Virus record (IMG/VR): IMGVR_UViG_3300045988_097997
Reading direction: 5' to 3' (one strand)
Source of the DNA: a virus
Length of the DNA: 48,550 nt
This document shows, piece by piece, positions 24,681 to 34,731 of this stretch. The position numbers and the translations under genes are program-made. Below the pieces are notes generated by a model. It made no database searches. It had not been told where the DNA came from and saw nothing but the letters and a program-made list of their open reading frames with translations. Every line of letters begins with the position of its first letter. Position 1 is the stretch's first letter.

Positions 24681-25301
24681 ATGTCCGTCGTAAACATCCT
24701 GGATAGCGTCACAGAGTGGGTCCGGGAGAACATCTGTGCTCAAATCAAGCTCAAAGCGCCGCCAGAGAATGATACCGACCCGACCGACTCCGGGTATGAG
24801 TACAAGGTTATCACCCCTGCGGCTTTTCCGCTGTTCGTCCCGGCGAAGGACAAGGCCCCGCCTGGTATCCTGTCCCCGATACCGTCCGTCTGTGTCCGGT
24901 TCCTGGAGGGGGCCGAAAGCCCGGCAGGCAGCAATGGCAGTATCGGGATGCAACTTTGTTTTTCAACCTGGGACCCTGGCGTACACGGGGCTGACATGCT
25001 GCTGCCAGATGGAAACGGAGGGGCCAAGAAATGGACAGGGCCAGAGGCAGACGCCTATTTCCAGCGCAGTGCTGGAGGCTGGCGAGATGCTTGGAATTTC
25101 GTTGACATTGCTCTTCGGGCACTTGGTAGCACGACTATCGTCGGTGGCTATGCTATCGACCGCAGCGTCCCGATGAAGTTCGGTCCCTTGACCGAGGAGG
25201 GGGCTATCATTGACGCTTATCCGCTGTGGTTTGCCTGGTGCTCGTTCTCCCTGTCCTACGACCTGCGCCGCAACATTGCTGATCTATCAAAATTCCTGTA
25301 A
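24681..25301 (+). CDS. Neck / tail-completion protein, function inferred from position
   Basis: 206-aa ORF directly upstream of the sheath gene. Confidence 0.4.
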   Translation: MSVVNILDSVTEWVRENICAQIKLKAPPENDTDPTDSGYEYKVITPAAFPLFVPAKDKAPPGILSPIPSVCVRFLEGAESPAGSNGSIGMQLCFSTWDPGVHGADMLLPDGNGGAKKWTGPEADAYFQRSAGGWRDAWNFVDIALRALGSTTIVGGYAIDRSVPMKFGPLTEEGAIIDAYPLWFAWCSFSLSYDLRRNIADLSKFL

Positions 25302-25313
25302 GGAGGGAAATCA

Positions 25314-26789
25314 ATGGCAGTATACAAACACGGTACCTACGGCGAGTTTTCGGCAAGCATTGGGAAGCCTGCGTCTTCCGCTGGCACTGTCGCCGTCTAC
25401 GTTGGTACCGCCCCGGTAAACCTTGTCCGGGGCTATGCTACCGCCGGTGTCGTGAATGAACCGGTGTATCTGTCCAGCCTGTCCGCAGTAAAGCGGTTGA
25501 TGGGCTACGCGGCAGACTGGGCGAAGTTCACGCTTTGCGAAGCCTTTGCCCTGCATTTCGACAGCGAAGAGAACGTCGGCCCCATCGTGGCTATCAATGT
25601 TCTCAACCCTGCCACCCACAAGAAGAGTGCTGAGACCACGAAACAGCTTACCTTTGCCAATGGGCGGGCTACCATCGACAGCACCACCATCATCCTGGAT
25701 ACCCTGGTATTGGCTGAGAAGGTCGAGGGCGTGGATTTCTCCATCGACTACGACTTCACCAAGGGTCAGGTAATTATCGAGAGCCTGGGCGACACTGAGA
25801 TCACCGGCTCTGTCAACTGCACGTTCAGCGAGATCGACACCAGCAACATTGACAAGGATGACATTGTTGGCGGTGTGACTGCCGCAGGTGTGTACACCGG
25901 CCTGGGCTGTGTGTCACTGGTGTATCAGGATCTTAACATCATCCCCAACCTGATTGCCGCCCCTGGCTGGAGCGACAAGAAGGACGTTTACTCCGCCATG
26001 GTCAAGGCAGCGGCCAAAATCAATGGGCACTGGGATGCTATGGCCGTCGTAGACATTCCCCTCATGGATTCCAGCGCCGCCGTTGATACCATCGAAAAGG
26101 CCAACACCTGGAAAGATACCAACGGCTACACCAGCGAACGAGCAAAGGTCTGCTGGCCCCAGGGCAAGGACAGTTCTGACCGCGTTATTCATGCGTCTAC
26201 CCTGTGGGCATGGCGGCAGATGCTCGTCGATGCTGAACACGACGGGGTGCCTATGGAGAGTGCATCCAACAAGGCTGTCCCTGTTGTCAAGCAGTATTTC
26301 GGCGCGTCCGCCACGAATCGCGGCTTTGACCAGCAGCGGGCAAACGACCTGAACCAGAACGGTATCTCCACCATCGTCTTTTTTGGTGGCCAGTGGGTAC
26401 TCTGGGGTCCCCATACTGCGGGGTTTAAGCACGGCGCGATTACAGACAATCGCGTAATCTTTGACGTGTCCATTCGGATGATGATGCACCAGTCCAATTC
26501 GTTCCAGAAAGACTGGGCGCTGACCATCGACAGCCCCATGACCCGTGCCATGGCCGACACCATCAAGAACCAGGAGCAGGAAAAGGCCGATGCTCTGGCC
26601 TCTATGGGTGCCCTGATCGGTACCCCTGTTGTCCGGTTCGACGAGGACGACAATTCCACCGACGAGCTGGTTCAGGGCAATTTTGTCTGGAGCTACGAGT
26701 CTACCCCGACGCCGCCTTTCAAGAGCGGCACCATGAAGGTTGCCTACAGCTCCGAGGGATTCAACAGCTTTATCGGGGAGGAGGGTTAA
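25314..26789 (+). CDS. Contractile tail sheath protein
   Basis: MAVYKHGTYGEF....G......T.AVYVGTAPV is a typical sheath N-terminus. 491 aa, followed by the tube gene. Confidence 0.88.
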   Translation: MAVYKHGTYGEFSASIGKPASSAGTVAVYVGTAPVNLVRGYATAGVVNEPVYLSSLSAVKRLMGYAADWAKFTLCEAFALHFDSEENVGPIVAINVLNPATHKKSAETTKQLTFANGRATIDSTTIILDTLVLAEKVEGVDFSIDYDFTKGQVIIESLGDTEITGSVNCTFSEIDTSNIDKDDIVGGVTAAGVYTGLGCVSLVYQDLNIIPNLIAAPGWSDKKDVYSAMVKAAAKINGHWDAMAVVDIPLMDSSAAVDTIEKANTWKDTNGYTSERAKVCWPQGKDSSDRVIHASTLWAWRQMLVDAEHDGVPMESASNKAVPVVKQYFGASATNRGFDQQRANDLNQNGISTIVFFGGQWVLWGPHTAGFKHGAITDNRVIFDVSIRMMMHQSNSFQKDWALTIDSPMTRAMADTIKNQEQEKADALASMGALIGTPVVRFDEDDNSTDELVQGNFVWSYESTPTPPFKSGTMKVAYSSEGFNSFIGEEG

Positions 26790-26792
26790 ACA

Positions 26793-27299
26793 ATGGCATT
26801 CGTGAACGTTACCGGCCCCGTAGTGGCCGAGACTGTGTACGCAAACAACAAGCTCGTTGCAAAAGACGTCGAGCTGACCTTGCCCGCCGTGACGCCCACC
26901 ACCGCAGATGTGCAGGCTATGGGTACCATGAGCATCCCAATTCCCCAGCTGCTGGAGAACATGGAGCTTTCTATCACAAAGATCGGCACGGACCTGGGCC
27001 TGTCTTCCATGCTATCCTTCGACGCTTTCCCCATCGAAATCCGTTGGGTGCAGAGTGTGACCGACGCAAACGGCAAGGTGTCCCACATTGGCTGCAAGGC
27101 GTTCCTGCGTTGCATGTCCACTGTGCTGCCCGAAGTGGGGCTTACCCCTGGCGAGGCCAGCGAGAACGAGCTGACCTACACCGTGACCAGATACCAGCTC
27201 ATGCAGAACGGCCAGGAGGCGTGGCTAATCGACCGGCTGGCCGGCATCTGCCGCGTTTATGGCAAAGACTACATGGGCAATATCAGCTCTATGCTCTAA
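26793..27299 (+). CDS. Tail tube protein
   Basis: 168 aa immediately after the sheath gene, with a beta-rich sequence typical of myovirus tube proteins. Confidence 0.7.
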   Translation: MAFVNVTGPVVAETVYANNKLVAKDVELTLPAVTPTTADVQAMGTMSIPIPQLLENMELSITKIGTDLGLSSMLSFDAFPIEIRWVQSVTDANGKVSHIGCKAFLRCMSTVLPEVGLTPGEASENELTYTVTRYQLMQNGQEAWLIDRLAGICRVYGKDYMGNISSML

Positions 27300-27356
27300 G
27301 CACAGAAGCCCTGCCGATGGAAACACCGGCGGGGCTTTTAATATACCGACGAAAGG

Positions 27357-27746
27357 GTGAAACCAATGACCGGAACGTTTAAGCTGCACAATCCTATTGA
27401 CATTAACGGCAAGAGCCACGAGGCCCTGGCCTACGACACCAACGAGATCACCGCCCTGCTTTTCACCGAGGCTGAGGCGAAGCGGAAGAGCGCCGCAGGG
27501 CTGAAAAATGTGACCATCACCCCGGCGGTCGAGTTCGACTTCGGCTTGCACCTATACCTGGGATTTGCCGCCATCATTGCGAAAAATCCTGAGTGCGATT
27601 TTACCGATATGGAGCGCATTCACGGCACCGACCTCATTGACATTATGGCGGTGGGCCGAAATTTTTTGCTGAAATCGGAGGATGCAACGCCAAGCAACTC
27701 CGACGAGCCATCCGAGACTACTCCCAAGCCTACCACACCCCAGTAA
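27357..27746 (+). CDS. Tail assembly chaperone (G-like, short form)
   Basis: 129 aa between the tube gene and the tape measure gene. It contains the slippery site listed below. Confidence 0.65.
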   Translation: MKPMTGTFKLHNPIDINGKSHEALAYDTNEITALLFTEAEAKRKSAAGLKNVTITPAVEFDFGLHLYLGFAAIIAKNPECDFTDMERIHGTDLIDIMAVGRNFLLKSEDATPSNSDEPSETTPKPTTPQ

Positions 27747-27874
27747 CGGACCTAGAGCGCAAGCGGGTGACTGATTTCATCGCTGAGTACATCGAGGCGG
27801 TGGAGGACGAGAAAGAACGGAAGAAGCGAATGCCGAAAGTGAAGCCGGTAAAGAAACCGCATAGAAGAAGGTGA
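27357..27874 (+). CDS. Tail assembly chaperone, -1 frameshift-extended form (GT-like)
   Basis: The -1 frame after the slippery site encodes ...TDLERKRVTDFIAEYIEAVEDEKERKKRMPKVKPVKKPHRRR and ends 4 nt before the tape-measure start. Confidence 0.55.
27662..27668 (+). promoter_or_regulatory. Slippery heptamer T TTT TTG for a -1 programmed frameshift
   Basis: In the zero frame the heptamer reads X XXY YYZ (N-F-L). The -1 frame is open from here to TGA 27872..27874. Confidence 0.6.
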
Positions 27875-27878
27875 TCCC

Positions 27879-30014
27879 GTGTCAAAAGAGCTTGAGGCAA
27901 CAATCCGAATAAGCGGCAACATTGACGCGAGGCTGAGAAGCGCCATCGAACAGGCGGTCAAACGGCTGGACCAGCTGGACGCTGCGGCGAAGGAGTCCGG
28001 CGGTGCTGTTGGTGAACTGGCCGACAAGATCAAAGACCAGAGTTCCGAGCTGAAAGCCGCCCAAAAACAGTATGCGAACTATGTTCTGGCTGGAGAAGAA
28101 GGGTCTGACCAGGCCCGTGAACTGGCTGACAAGATCAAGGAGCTGTCCAGCGACTTGAAGCAGAACAAAAGCTCTTTGGAAGCTGCGGAACGAGCCGCCC
28201 GCGACCTTGCGGACAGTTTTGATGACGCCGACGACTCAAGCGGCGACCTTGACGACAACCTGGACGATATGGATGACTCCAGCCGCAGATCAGGGGAGGG
28301 CTTCACAGTCCTCAAGGGGGCTATGGCCAACCTAGTAGCTGAGGGATTTAAGAAACTGATCGGCGCGGCTGTCGATGCAGGGAAAGCCCTGCTCGACCTG
28401 TCCGAGCAAACCAGGGAGTTCCGGCAGGATATGTCCACGCTCGAAACTGCCTATGATCGAGCTGGATTCTCCACGGAGGCAGCAACGAACACATGGCGAG
28501 AGCTGTATGCCGTCTTCGGCGAGGACGACCGAGCAGTCGAGGCCGCGAACAACATCTCCCGAATGTCCAAGTCACAGGAAGACCTGGATAAATGGGTGAG
28601 GATCACAACCGGTGTCTGGGGAACCTATCAAGACGCCCTTCCGGTCGAATCCTTGGCGGAAGCGGCGGGCGAGTCGGCCAAGACGGGCACCGTGACCTCG
28701 GCTCTCGCCGATGCACTCAATTGGTCAAGCGAGGCGGCGGCCATGTTCTCGAAGTACATGTCTGAGGACGTAACGACCGCAGAGGACGCTTTCAACGTGG
28801 CCCTGTCCAAATGCTCGAACGAGCAGGAACGGCAGGCCCTTATTACTGAGACCCTGACCACGCTATACGGCGACGCGGCTACCAAGTACGAAGAGAGCGC
28901 CGGAAGCCTGATGGATGCAAACAGGGCGGCAGCAGACGCTCAGCTTGCCCAGGCACAGCTTGGCGCGGCGATTGAACCCGTGACAACGGCGTGGACAAAC
29001 TTGAAGACGCAGCTGCTCAATGCTGTTGCCCCTGCTATCCAAGCGGTGAGCGAGAAACTGCAACAGGCTATCCAGTGGATGCAAGCGCATCCTGCTGTGG
29101 TGCAGGCGCTTGTTGCTGCACTGGCTGTCCTGGCGGCTGGAATCACGGCGATCACCATTGCTGTTGCAATCTATACCGGCATTCAAATGCTCGCAAATGC
29201 GGCGCTGCTGCCTGTCATTGGTATAGCGCTTGCGATTGTGGCTGTCATTGCTGTTGTCATTGCCGTGGTGGTGGCCCTGTATACCCATTGGGACACCGTG
29301 AAACAAAAAGCAATGGAGGTCTGGCAGGCGGTACAAAACGCCTGGAGCCAGATCGCTACAGCCGTTACCAACGCAATTCAGACCGTCGCAAATGCCATCC
29401 GCTCAGGCTGGAGTGGTCTCGTTGGCGTTGTGACCGGCATCTGGAACGGTGTCAAGAACGCTGTGATAAATGTTTGGAATGCAATAAAAGCGAGGGCAAG
29501 CTCGTTTGTCAGTGGCGTAAAATCAGTTATTTCCAGAGGGTGGTCCGCGCTGACAGGCATCCTGACTGCGCCGTTCAGGGCGTTAATCAATTTCATTGGT
29601 GGCGTGCAGAGCAAAATTAGTGGATTGTTTGGGAAGATAAGCAGCATCAAAGACAAAATATCCAGCATCAAACTTCCAAAGTTTGCGTCTGGTGGTTTTA
29701 CCAGCGGCCCGTCTATCGCTGGTGAGGCTGGCACAGAGGCAGTCATTTCGTTCAACAAGAAATACCGTGCTCAGAACTTGGCTTACTGGGCCAAGGCCGG
29801 TGAAATGCTTGGCGTGGACGATACTTTTGCCTTGGGCGGCGGAACCTCTGGCACATACGTTGATCTTGGCGGCGTAAATTTCGCCCCCAACATCGTAGTG
29901 CAGGGCAACGCGAAAAAGGACGACATCATTGCAGCTATCCGGGAGTCCTACCCGGAGTTCATGGACATGCTGGACGAGATGATAAGCGAGAGGGAGGAAA
30001 CAGTCTATGCCTGA
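27879..30014 (+). CDS. Tape measure protein
   Basis: 711 aa with a coiled-coil N-terminus, a central hydrophobic Ala/Val/Ile-rich segment and repeated W..xxNAxxxxW motifs. Confidence 0.88.
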   Translation: MSKELEATIRISGNIDARLRSAIEQAVKRLDQLDAAAKESGGAVGELADKIKDQSSELKAAQKQYANYVLAGEEGSDQARELADKIKELSSDLKQNKSSLEAAERAARDLADSFDDADDSSGDLDDNLDDMDDSSRRSGEGFTVLKGAMANLVAEGFKKLIGAAVDAGKALLDLSEQTREFRQDMSTLETAYDRAGFSTEAATNTWRELYAVFGEDDRAVEAANNISRMSKSQEDLDKWVRITTGVWGTYQDALPVESLAEAAGESAKTGTVTSALADALNWSSEAAAMFSKYMSEDVTTAEDAFNVALSKCSNEQERQALITETLTTLYGDAATKYEESAGSLMDANRAAADAQLAQAQLGAAIEPVTTAWTNLKTQLLNAVAPAIQAVSEKLQQAIQWMQAHPAVVQALVAALAVLAAGITAITIAVAIYTGIQMLANAALLPVIGIALAIVAVIAVVIAVVVALYTHWDTVKQKAMEVWQAVQNAWSQIATAVTNAIQTVANAIRSGWSGLVGVVTGIWNGVKNAVINVWNAIKARASSFVSGVKSVISRGWSALTGILTAPFRALINFIGGVQSKISGLFGKISSIKDKISSIKLPKFASGGFTSGPSIAGEAGTEAVISFNKKYRAQNLAYWAKAGEMLGVDDTFALGGGTSGTYVDLGGVNFAPNIVVQGNAKKDDIIAAIRESYPEFMDMLDEMISEREETVYA

Positions 30015-30234
30015 GATCATCGGCTACCGGGAGCATAAGACCGTCGAGGGGGATACCTTCGACAGCCTTGCACTCTGGTATTACAACGACGAACAGCTGG
30101 CCTCTCGTATCATCTCTGCGAATCTGGATTACTGCGACGTGTTGATCTTCGAGGCAGGCGTCACCTTGCGCATCCCCATCATGGATACCGTGGACACGCC
30201 GGAGACCCTGCCACCCTGGAGGCGAAACGCATGA
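30007..30234 (+). CDS. LysM-like tail protein X (XkdP/gpX-like)
   Basis: HKTVEGDTFDSLALWYYNDEQLASRIISAN....VLIFEAGVTLRIP is a LysM/gpX pattern. Confidence 0.7.
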   Translation: MPEIIGYREHKTVEGDTFDSLALWYYNDEQLASRIISANLDYCDVLIFEAGVTLRIPIMDTVDTPETLPPWRRNA

Positions 30235-31154
30235 TAAAGGTCACCTACAAAGGGGCGGACGTGACGTCTGGAGTCTCCATCAACCGCTGTATCCATGACA
30301 TGTATGCAGCTGGGCAGGCTGACACCCTGGACATTCGCTTCAACGACGCGGCGAAACTGTGGGACGGCTGGGCACCGGCTGTCGGTGACGAGATCCGTAT
30401 TGATTATGGGCCTGCATCTACCGGCACGATGTTTGTCCGGTCCTGCGTTGCCGAAAACGGCCTGTATACCATCAAGGCTATGTCCGCGCCCCCGTCTGCT
30501 ATGGAGGTTACGAACAAGGCATGGTCACAAGTCCGGTTGCTCCAGATTGGGAAAGAGATCGCGGGCCGCCATGGGCTGGCTTTCCAGTCCTACAACGTGA
30601 CGGACCAGCTTTTCCCGTACCTGTTGCAGGCGAAAAGTGACTTTGCTTTCCTGCACCGTGTAGCCGTTCAGGAGGGCTGCGGGTTCCTGGTGTACGACAA
30701 GGCCCTGGTCCTTTATGGCGCGGCTGCCATGGAGGCCGTGGCCCCGGTCGAAAGCCTGGAGTTACCCCTTGACGGTGATTACCGCTACAACGACGCACGG
30801 GCCAAGCTGTACGGGTCCTGCATCGTGGAGTCCGGCGACTACTCAGGTAAATTCGACGCTGGGAATGGAGTAAACCGCATCCTGCGCCCTGTCTGTGGCG
30901 ACATGACCATAGGCTCCAACGCAGAGGCGGAACGCTACGCCAAGAACCTGCTGAGAGATGCCAACAAGGACGGCATGACCGGATACATCCGCACCGCTGG
31001 AGTTTCTGCTGGGTATGCTGCTGCATCCACGGCGAAGCTCGCCAACCAGAGGGCACCGTCCTGGGACGGACCTGTATTCCTGTACCACGTCCGGCACGAC
31101 TACGGCGTGGGAGAGAGTAAGCTATTTTTCCGTAAACCATTGGAGGGGTACTGA
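30231..31154 (+). CDS. Baseplate hub / late control D-like protein (XkdQ-like)
   Basis: Size, position after LysM/X, and the motif FLHRVAVQEGCGFLVYD. Confidence 0.55.
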   Translation: MIKVTYKGADVTSGVSINRCIHDMYAAGQADTLDIRFNDAAKLWDGWAPAVGDEIRIDYGPASTGTMFVRSCVAENGLYTIKAMSAPPSAMEVTNKAWSQVRLLQIGKEIAGRHGLAFQSYNVTDQLFPYLLQAKSDFAFLHRVAVQEGCGFLVYDKALVLYGAAAMEAVAPVESLELPLDGDYRYNDARAKLYGSCIVESGDYSGKFDAGNGVNRILRPVCGDMTIGSNAEAERYAKNLLRDANKDGMTGYIRTAGVSAGYAAASTAKLANQRAPSWDGPVFLYHVRHDYGVGESKLFFRKPLEGY

Positions 31155-31522
31155 TGATCGACAAAGGCTATGTTTCGTCCATCCTGGACGGAGGGAAAAA
31201 GGTCACGGTTATCCCGGCCACATCCGGCGACGTTGTGACGCAGCCGTTGACCGTCCCTTTTTTCCTGCTGGGGACCATGAAGCCCCGGAAAGAAGTCGTG
31301 TTTTGCTCGTTTCCGGACGGCACAGGGCTTGTCCTGGCGGCACTGGACGGCGGTTGGAACCACAACCTAACTGGTAATGTCTCTGTCGCCGGGACGCTCT
31401 CTGCGGGCGCTGTGGCGGCTTCTGGCGCTATCTCTGGTGGCAGCGTGTCCACCGGTGGCGTGGACCTGGGCAGCCATACGCACACGGACTCCCGTGGCGG
31501 GGCTACGTCCGGGCCGCAATAA
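31154..31522 (+). CDS. Baseplate spike / gpV-like protein
   Basis: N-terminal OB-like segment, a Gly/Ser/Ala-rich repeat and a C-terminal GSHTHTD motif. Confidence 0.45.
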   Translation: MIDKGYVSSILDGGKKVTVIPATSGDVVTQPLTVPFFLLGTMKPRKEVVFCSFPDGTGLVLAALDGGWNHNLTGNVSVAGTLSAGAVAASGAISGGSVSTGGVDLGSHTHTDSRGGATSGPQ

Positions 31523-31535
31523 GGGGGGGTACATC

Positions 31536-32042
31536 ATGGGATATACAGCACGATGGGGGCCGAAGGGTTTCATCATATCGGCCTCTAAAGTCGTAGCCCT
31601 GGAGGATTTCAAGACGAGCTACGCGCTCAAGAGCGACACCAACTCAGACACCAGCGGGACGCCGCCGACCAACACGCAGGGTTTGGAGCTGCAACCCCTG
31701 GAGCTGTCCACAAGGTACCTTCGCGCCCTTGGCACTGATCCCCTGGGGCAGATAGCCGAGTGGAAAGCCCAGATCGGGAAAAGCTATCCGTTCATCCTGG
31801 GCGGAAAGCAGTTCGGGCCGAAGTTCACGCTGAAAAGTTTCGACGTGAGCGACACCATGTTCACCCCGGCTGGCGTGATGATCGGCTGCACCATCTCGCT
31901 GAAATTCGAGGAATACTCCACGGCATCCACGACGAATGCGTCCGCCAGCAAAAAGACCGCTGCATCGACCAAGGCCAGCAAGAAGACGCAGGCCATATCG
32001 TCGAAGCCTACCACGTCGTCAAAGTCGTCGAAGAAGAAGTAA
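31536..32042 (+). CDS. Tail/baseplate component with a Ser/Thr/Lys-rich low-complexity tail
   Basis: Trimmed to the ATG after a G-rich RBS. Lies within the baseplate block. Function not recognised. Confidence 0.4.
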   Translation: MGYTARWGPKGFIISASKVVALEDFKTSYALKSDTNSDTSGTPPTNTQGLELQPLELSTRYLRALGTDPLGQIAEWKAQIGKSYPFILGGKQFGPKFTLKSFDVSDTMFTPAGVMIGCTISLKFEEYSTASTTNASASKKTAASTKASKKTQAISSKPTTSSKSSKKK

Positions 32043-32055
32043 GGGGGGCGAGGAT

Positions 32056-32325
32056 ATGAGAGGAAGCGGAAACGGGGACGTTGCACTGTGTGCAGAGAAT
32101 CTGCTGAGGATTTTCCGTGGCGAAAACCCCTATGAACGCATTAAGGGCATCGACGCCCGCAGCCTGGACAAGCCTGCCCTGGACGCGGAGGCTGAAATTT
32201 TGCAGGACGCTGAGTTCTGCATTGAAAACTACGAGCCACGGGCGCAGATAGACAGCCTGGACGTTTATGGGCTGGACCGTGAGCGCGGAGACTTCCGGGT
32301 CGTTGCTGCCGTGACTGAAATCTGA
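32056..32325 (+). CDS. Baseplate wedge protein, gp25/gpW-like
   Basis: Trimmed to ATG 32056. IENYEPRAQIDSLDV......GDFRVV matches the GPW_gp25 pattern. Confidence 0.6.
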   Translation: MRGSGNGDVALCAENLLRIFRGENPYERIKGIDARSLDKPALDAEAEILQDAEFCIENYEPRAQIDSLDVYGLDRERGDFRVVAAVTEI

Positions 32326-32334
32326 CAGAAGGGA

Positions 32335-33489
32335 GTGAAGCGCGTGGCGAATGACTACAACTTCGTAGAAACCGACAGTGCGAAACTGTACACAGCCATT
32401 GTGGGCAGCCTCATGGACTACTGCGACGAGCCTCTGTACCCCGGCGACGAGCGCCGGATCTTCGGCGAGGCTCTGGTTGCTGTCCTGGTATCCCTGTACA
32501 ACGAGTTCAACGACAAAATGAAGCAGCGGACGTTGCAGAACGCCCGTGGCTACGTCCTGGACGCTATTGGGGACATGTTTTACCGGGTGGAACGTGCCGC
32601 CCCGGCACAGGCCCATGCGACGTTCCGGTTTGCCGTGGATGCTGCCTTGCAGGAAAATGTTATCATCCCGGCTGGAACCCGCGTGACGACCGACGGCAGC
32701 GTGTACTTTGCCACGCAGGAAACCGCCGTGTTACAGGCCGGGGAAACCTACGTTGACCTGCTGGGCGTCTGCACGACCGGCGGCAGCGACTACAACGGAT
32801 TCACTGCCGGGACCATCGGGACCCTGGTTGACCTGATCCCCTACATTGCATCCGCGAAAAACACCACGATCTCCACCGGCGGCGACGATGGGGAACCCTA
32901 CACCGAAGAGGGCGATAACAGATTCCGGGAGCGTATCAGCCTGTCCTATGCCAAGCTGTCCACAGCTGGCCCAGAGAGTGCTTACAGGTATTTTGCGCTG
33001 TCTGCTGATCCTGACATTATCGACGTGTCCATTGACGTGCCCAGTGCCAACGTCGTGGATATTTACGCCTTGATGAAGGGCGGCGAGCTGCCCGACGAGG
33101 AAACCCTGGAGAAGATCGAGGCAGCCGTCTCTCAGGATGACGTGCGGCCTATGACGGACACCGTGACGGCAAAGGTGCCTGATACCGTCGATTACACGGT
33201 AAACATCAAGTATTACGTCACCAAGGACAACGAGGCGTCTACTATCCAGCTCATTGAGGCTGACGGCGGGGCAATCGACCAGTACAATGCCTGGCAGCAG
33301 TCCGCCCTTGACCGTGACGTAAACCCCGACAAGCTGCGGGAGCTGATCCTCACGTCCCTGGCTGAGTACAAATTGACCGGTGCTTTCCGTATGGATATTA
33401 CCGGCCCGATCTACACCGCCGTAGGCAAGAATGAGGTTGCGAAGCTGTCCGGGGCTGCGACTGTCTCCCATTCCATCATCGTAGGGTAA
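32335..33489 (+). CDS. Baseplate J-like protein
   Basis: 384 aa following the gp25-like gene, with a typical Baseplate_J arrangement. The start codon is uncertain (GTG 32335 or GTG 32344). Confidence 0.8.
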   Translation: MKRVANDYNFVETDSAKLYTAIVGSLMDYCDEPLYPGDERRIFGEALVAVLVSLYNEFNDKMKQRTLQNARGYVLDAIGDMFYRVERAAPAQAHATFRFAVDAALQENVIIPAGTRVTTDGSVYFATQETAVLQAGETYVDLLGVCTTGGSDYNGFTAGTIGTLVDLIPYIASAKNTTISTGGDDGEPYTEEGDNRFRERISLSYAKLSTAGPESAYRYFALSADPDIIDVSIDVPSANVVDIYALMKGGELPDEETLEKIEAAVSQDDVRPMTDTVTAKVPDTVDYTVNIKYYVTKDNEASTIQLIEADGGAIDQYNAWQQSALDRDVNPDKLRELILTSLAEYKLTGAFRMDITGPIYTAVGKNEVAKLSGAATVSHSIIVG

Positions 33490-33502
33490 GGGGGGCCGGA
33501 AA

Positions 33503-34075
33503 ATGAAACTATCAGACCTTGATTTCATCCGGCTGCTGCCTCAGTTCATGCGGGAGGACGGTGCTGTCATCGGCCTTGCGAAGGGGCTTGACAGTATCAT
33601 TCCGAGCTTGTCTGAGTCCATGAAGATTTTGACCACTTGGGACCATATCGACGAGCTGGCCGAGGGTGAGCTTGACGAGCTGGCCGTAGAGCTGAACGTC
33701 CTTTGGTACGACATGGGCGCTACGTTGGACACCAAGCGCGACCTGATCAAAAACTCCATGGATGTTTACCGGCACCTGGGGACCAAGTGGGCTGTGGAGT
33801 CCGTTATCCATTCCTATTTTGGCGACGGATACGTTGCTGAGTGGTTCGATTATGACGGAGACCCTGGACACTTCCGGGTATACTCCACCAACCCAAGCCT
33901 GACCAACGAAAAGCTGCTTGAGTTTATCAATCTGCTGGAGAAGGTCAAACGTGCGTCGTCCATCCTGGACGGCATTTTTATTTCCCTGACCGGACAAATG
34001 AATCTCTATACAGGCGTAGCGATTCACGAGTCCGGCAAGGACGTTTACGCCATCGGTGCAAAGCCGTTGGCCTGA
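33503..34075 (+). CDS. Tail protein I (P2 gpI / XkdU-like)
   Basis: LLPQFMRED....GLAKGLD......S...L..WD.IDEL.E.ELDELA.ELNV.WYD...TLD.KR.LIKNS..VYR.LGTKWAVE. Confidence 0.8.
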   Translation: MKLSDLDFIRLLPQFMREDGAVIGLAKGLDSIIPSLSESMKILTTWDHIDELAEGELDELAVELNVLWYDMGATLDTKRDLIKNSMDVYRHLGTKWAVESVIHSYFGDGYVAEWFDYDGDPGHFRVYSTNPSLTNEKLLEFINLLEKVKRASSILDGIFISLTGQMNLYTGVAIHESGKDVYAIGAKPLA

Positions 34076-34089
34076 AAGGAGCGTGAAAC

Positions 34090-34731
34090 ATGGGAAGTTT
34101 TGCGAACAACGTCATCACTGATGCTGGCCGCATCCTTCACGCGGACTGTCTGGCCGGGGCTGTCTTCACGCCGACCAGAATTGTGATCGGTAGCGGTACC
34201 CTGCCCAGCGGTACAGCAATCGCAAGCCTGACCGCAGTCATTACGCCCGTGAAGTCCCTGACCATCAACAAGGCACAGCGGACGCCCGACGGCAAGTGCA
34301 TCTTCGGCGGCGTCTACTCCAACAAGGACGTCACCCAGGATTTCTACTTCCGGGAGCTGGCCTTGTATGCCAAGGGCGTCTACCTGAACGACGACGGGAC
34401 CGTAAAGAGCGAGACGGCGGAAACCCTGTACTCCTACGGCAACGCTGGCAGCACGGCTGACCTTATGCGGGCGTACTCCACAGAGCACGTTGTCGAGCGC
34501 CAAATGGATCTCGTTTGTTGGGTGGGCAACACAGCACAGGTCAATCTTACGATTGCCAGTGACGTGTATGTCACCAGGGAGCAAATCGCGGACCTGGGGG
34601 GCGGCCTTGTGGTCATCCCCATTGGCGAAGACATCCCTGTGGCCGAAAGAAAAACCGGATTCTTGTACTTCAAGGAGAAAAACAGCGTCACTCTCCAGGT
34701 GACACAAGAAATCGGCTTGAAATTTGAATGA
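34090..34731 (+). CDS. Tail-collar fibre protein (DUF3751-like)
   Basis: N-terminus ITDAGR.L.A......V.FT.IVIGSG and ...FRELALYAKG, typical of tail-collar fibre proteins. Confidence 0.7.
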   Translation: MGSFANNVITDAGRILHADCLAGAVFTPTRIVIGSGTLPSGTAIASLTAVITPVKSLTINKAQRTPDGKCIFGGVYSNKDVTQDFYFRELALYAKGVYLNDDGTVKSETAETLYSYGNAGSTADLMRAYSTEHVVERQMDLVCWVGNTAQVNLTIASDVYVTREQIADLGGGLVVIPIGEDIPVAERKTGFLYFKEKNSVTLQVTQEIGLKFE

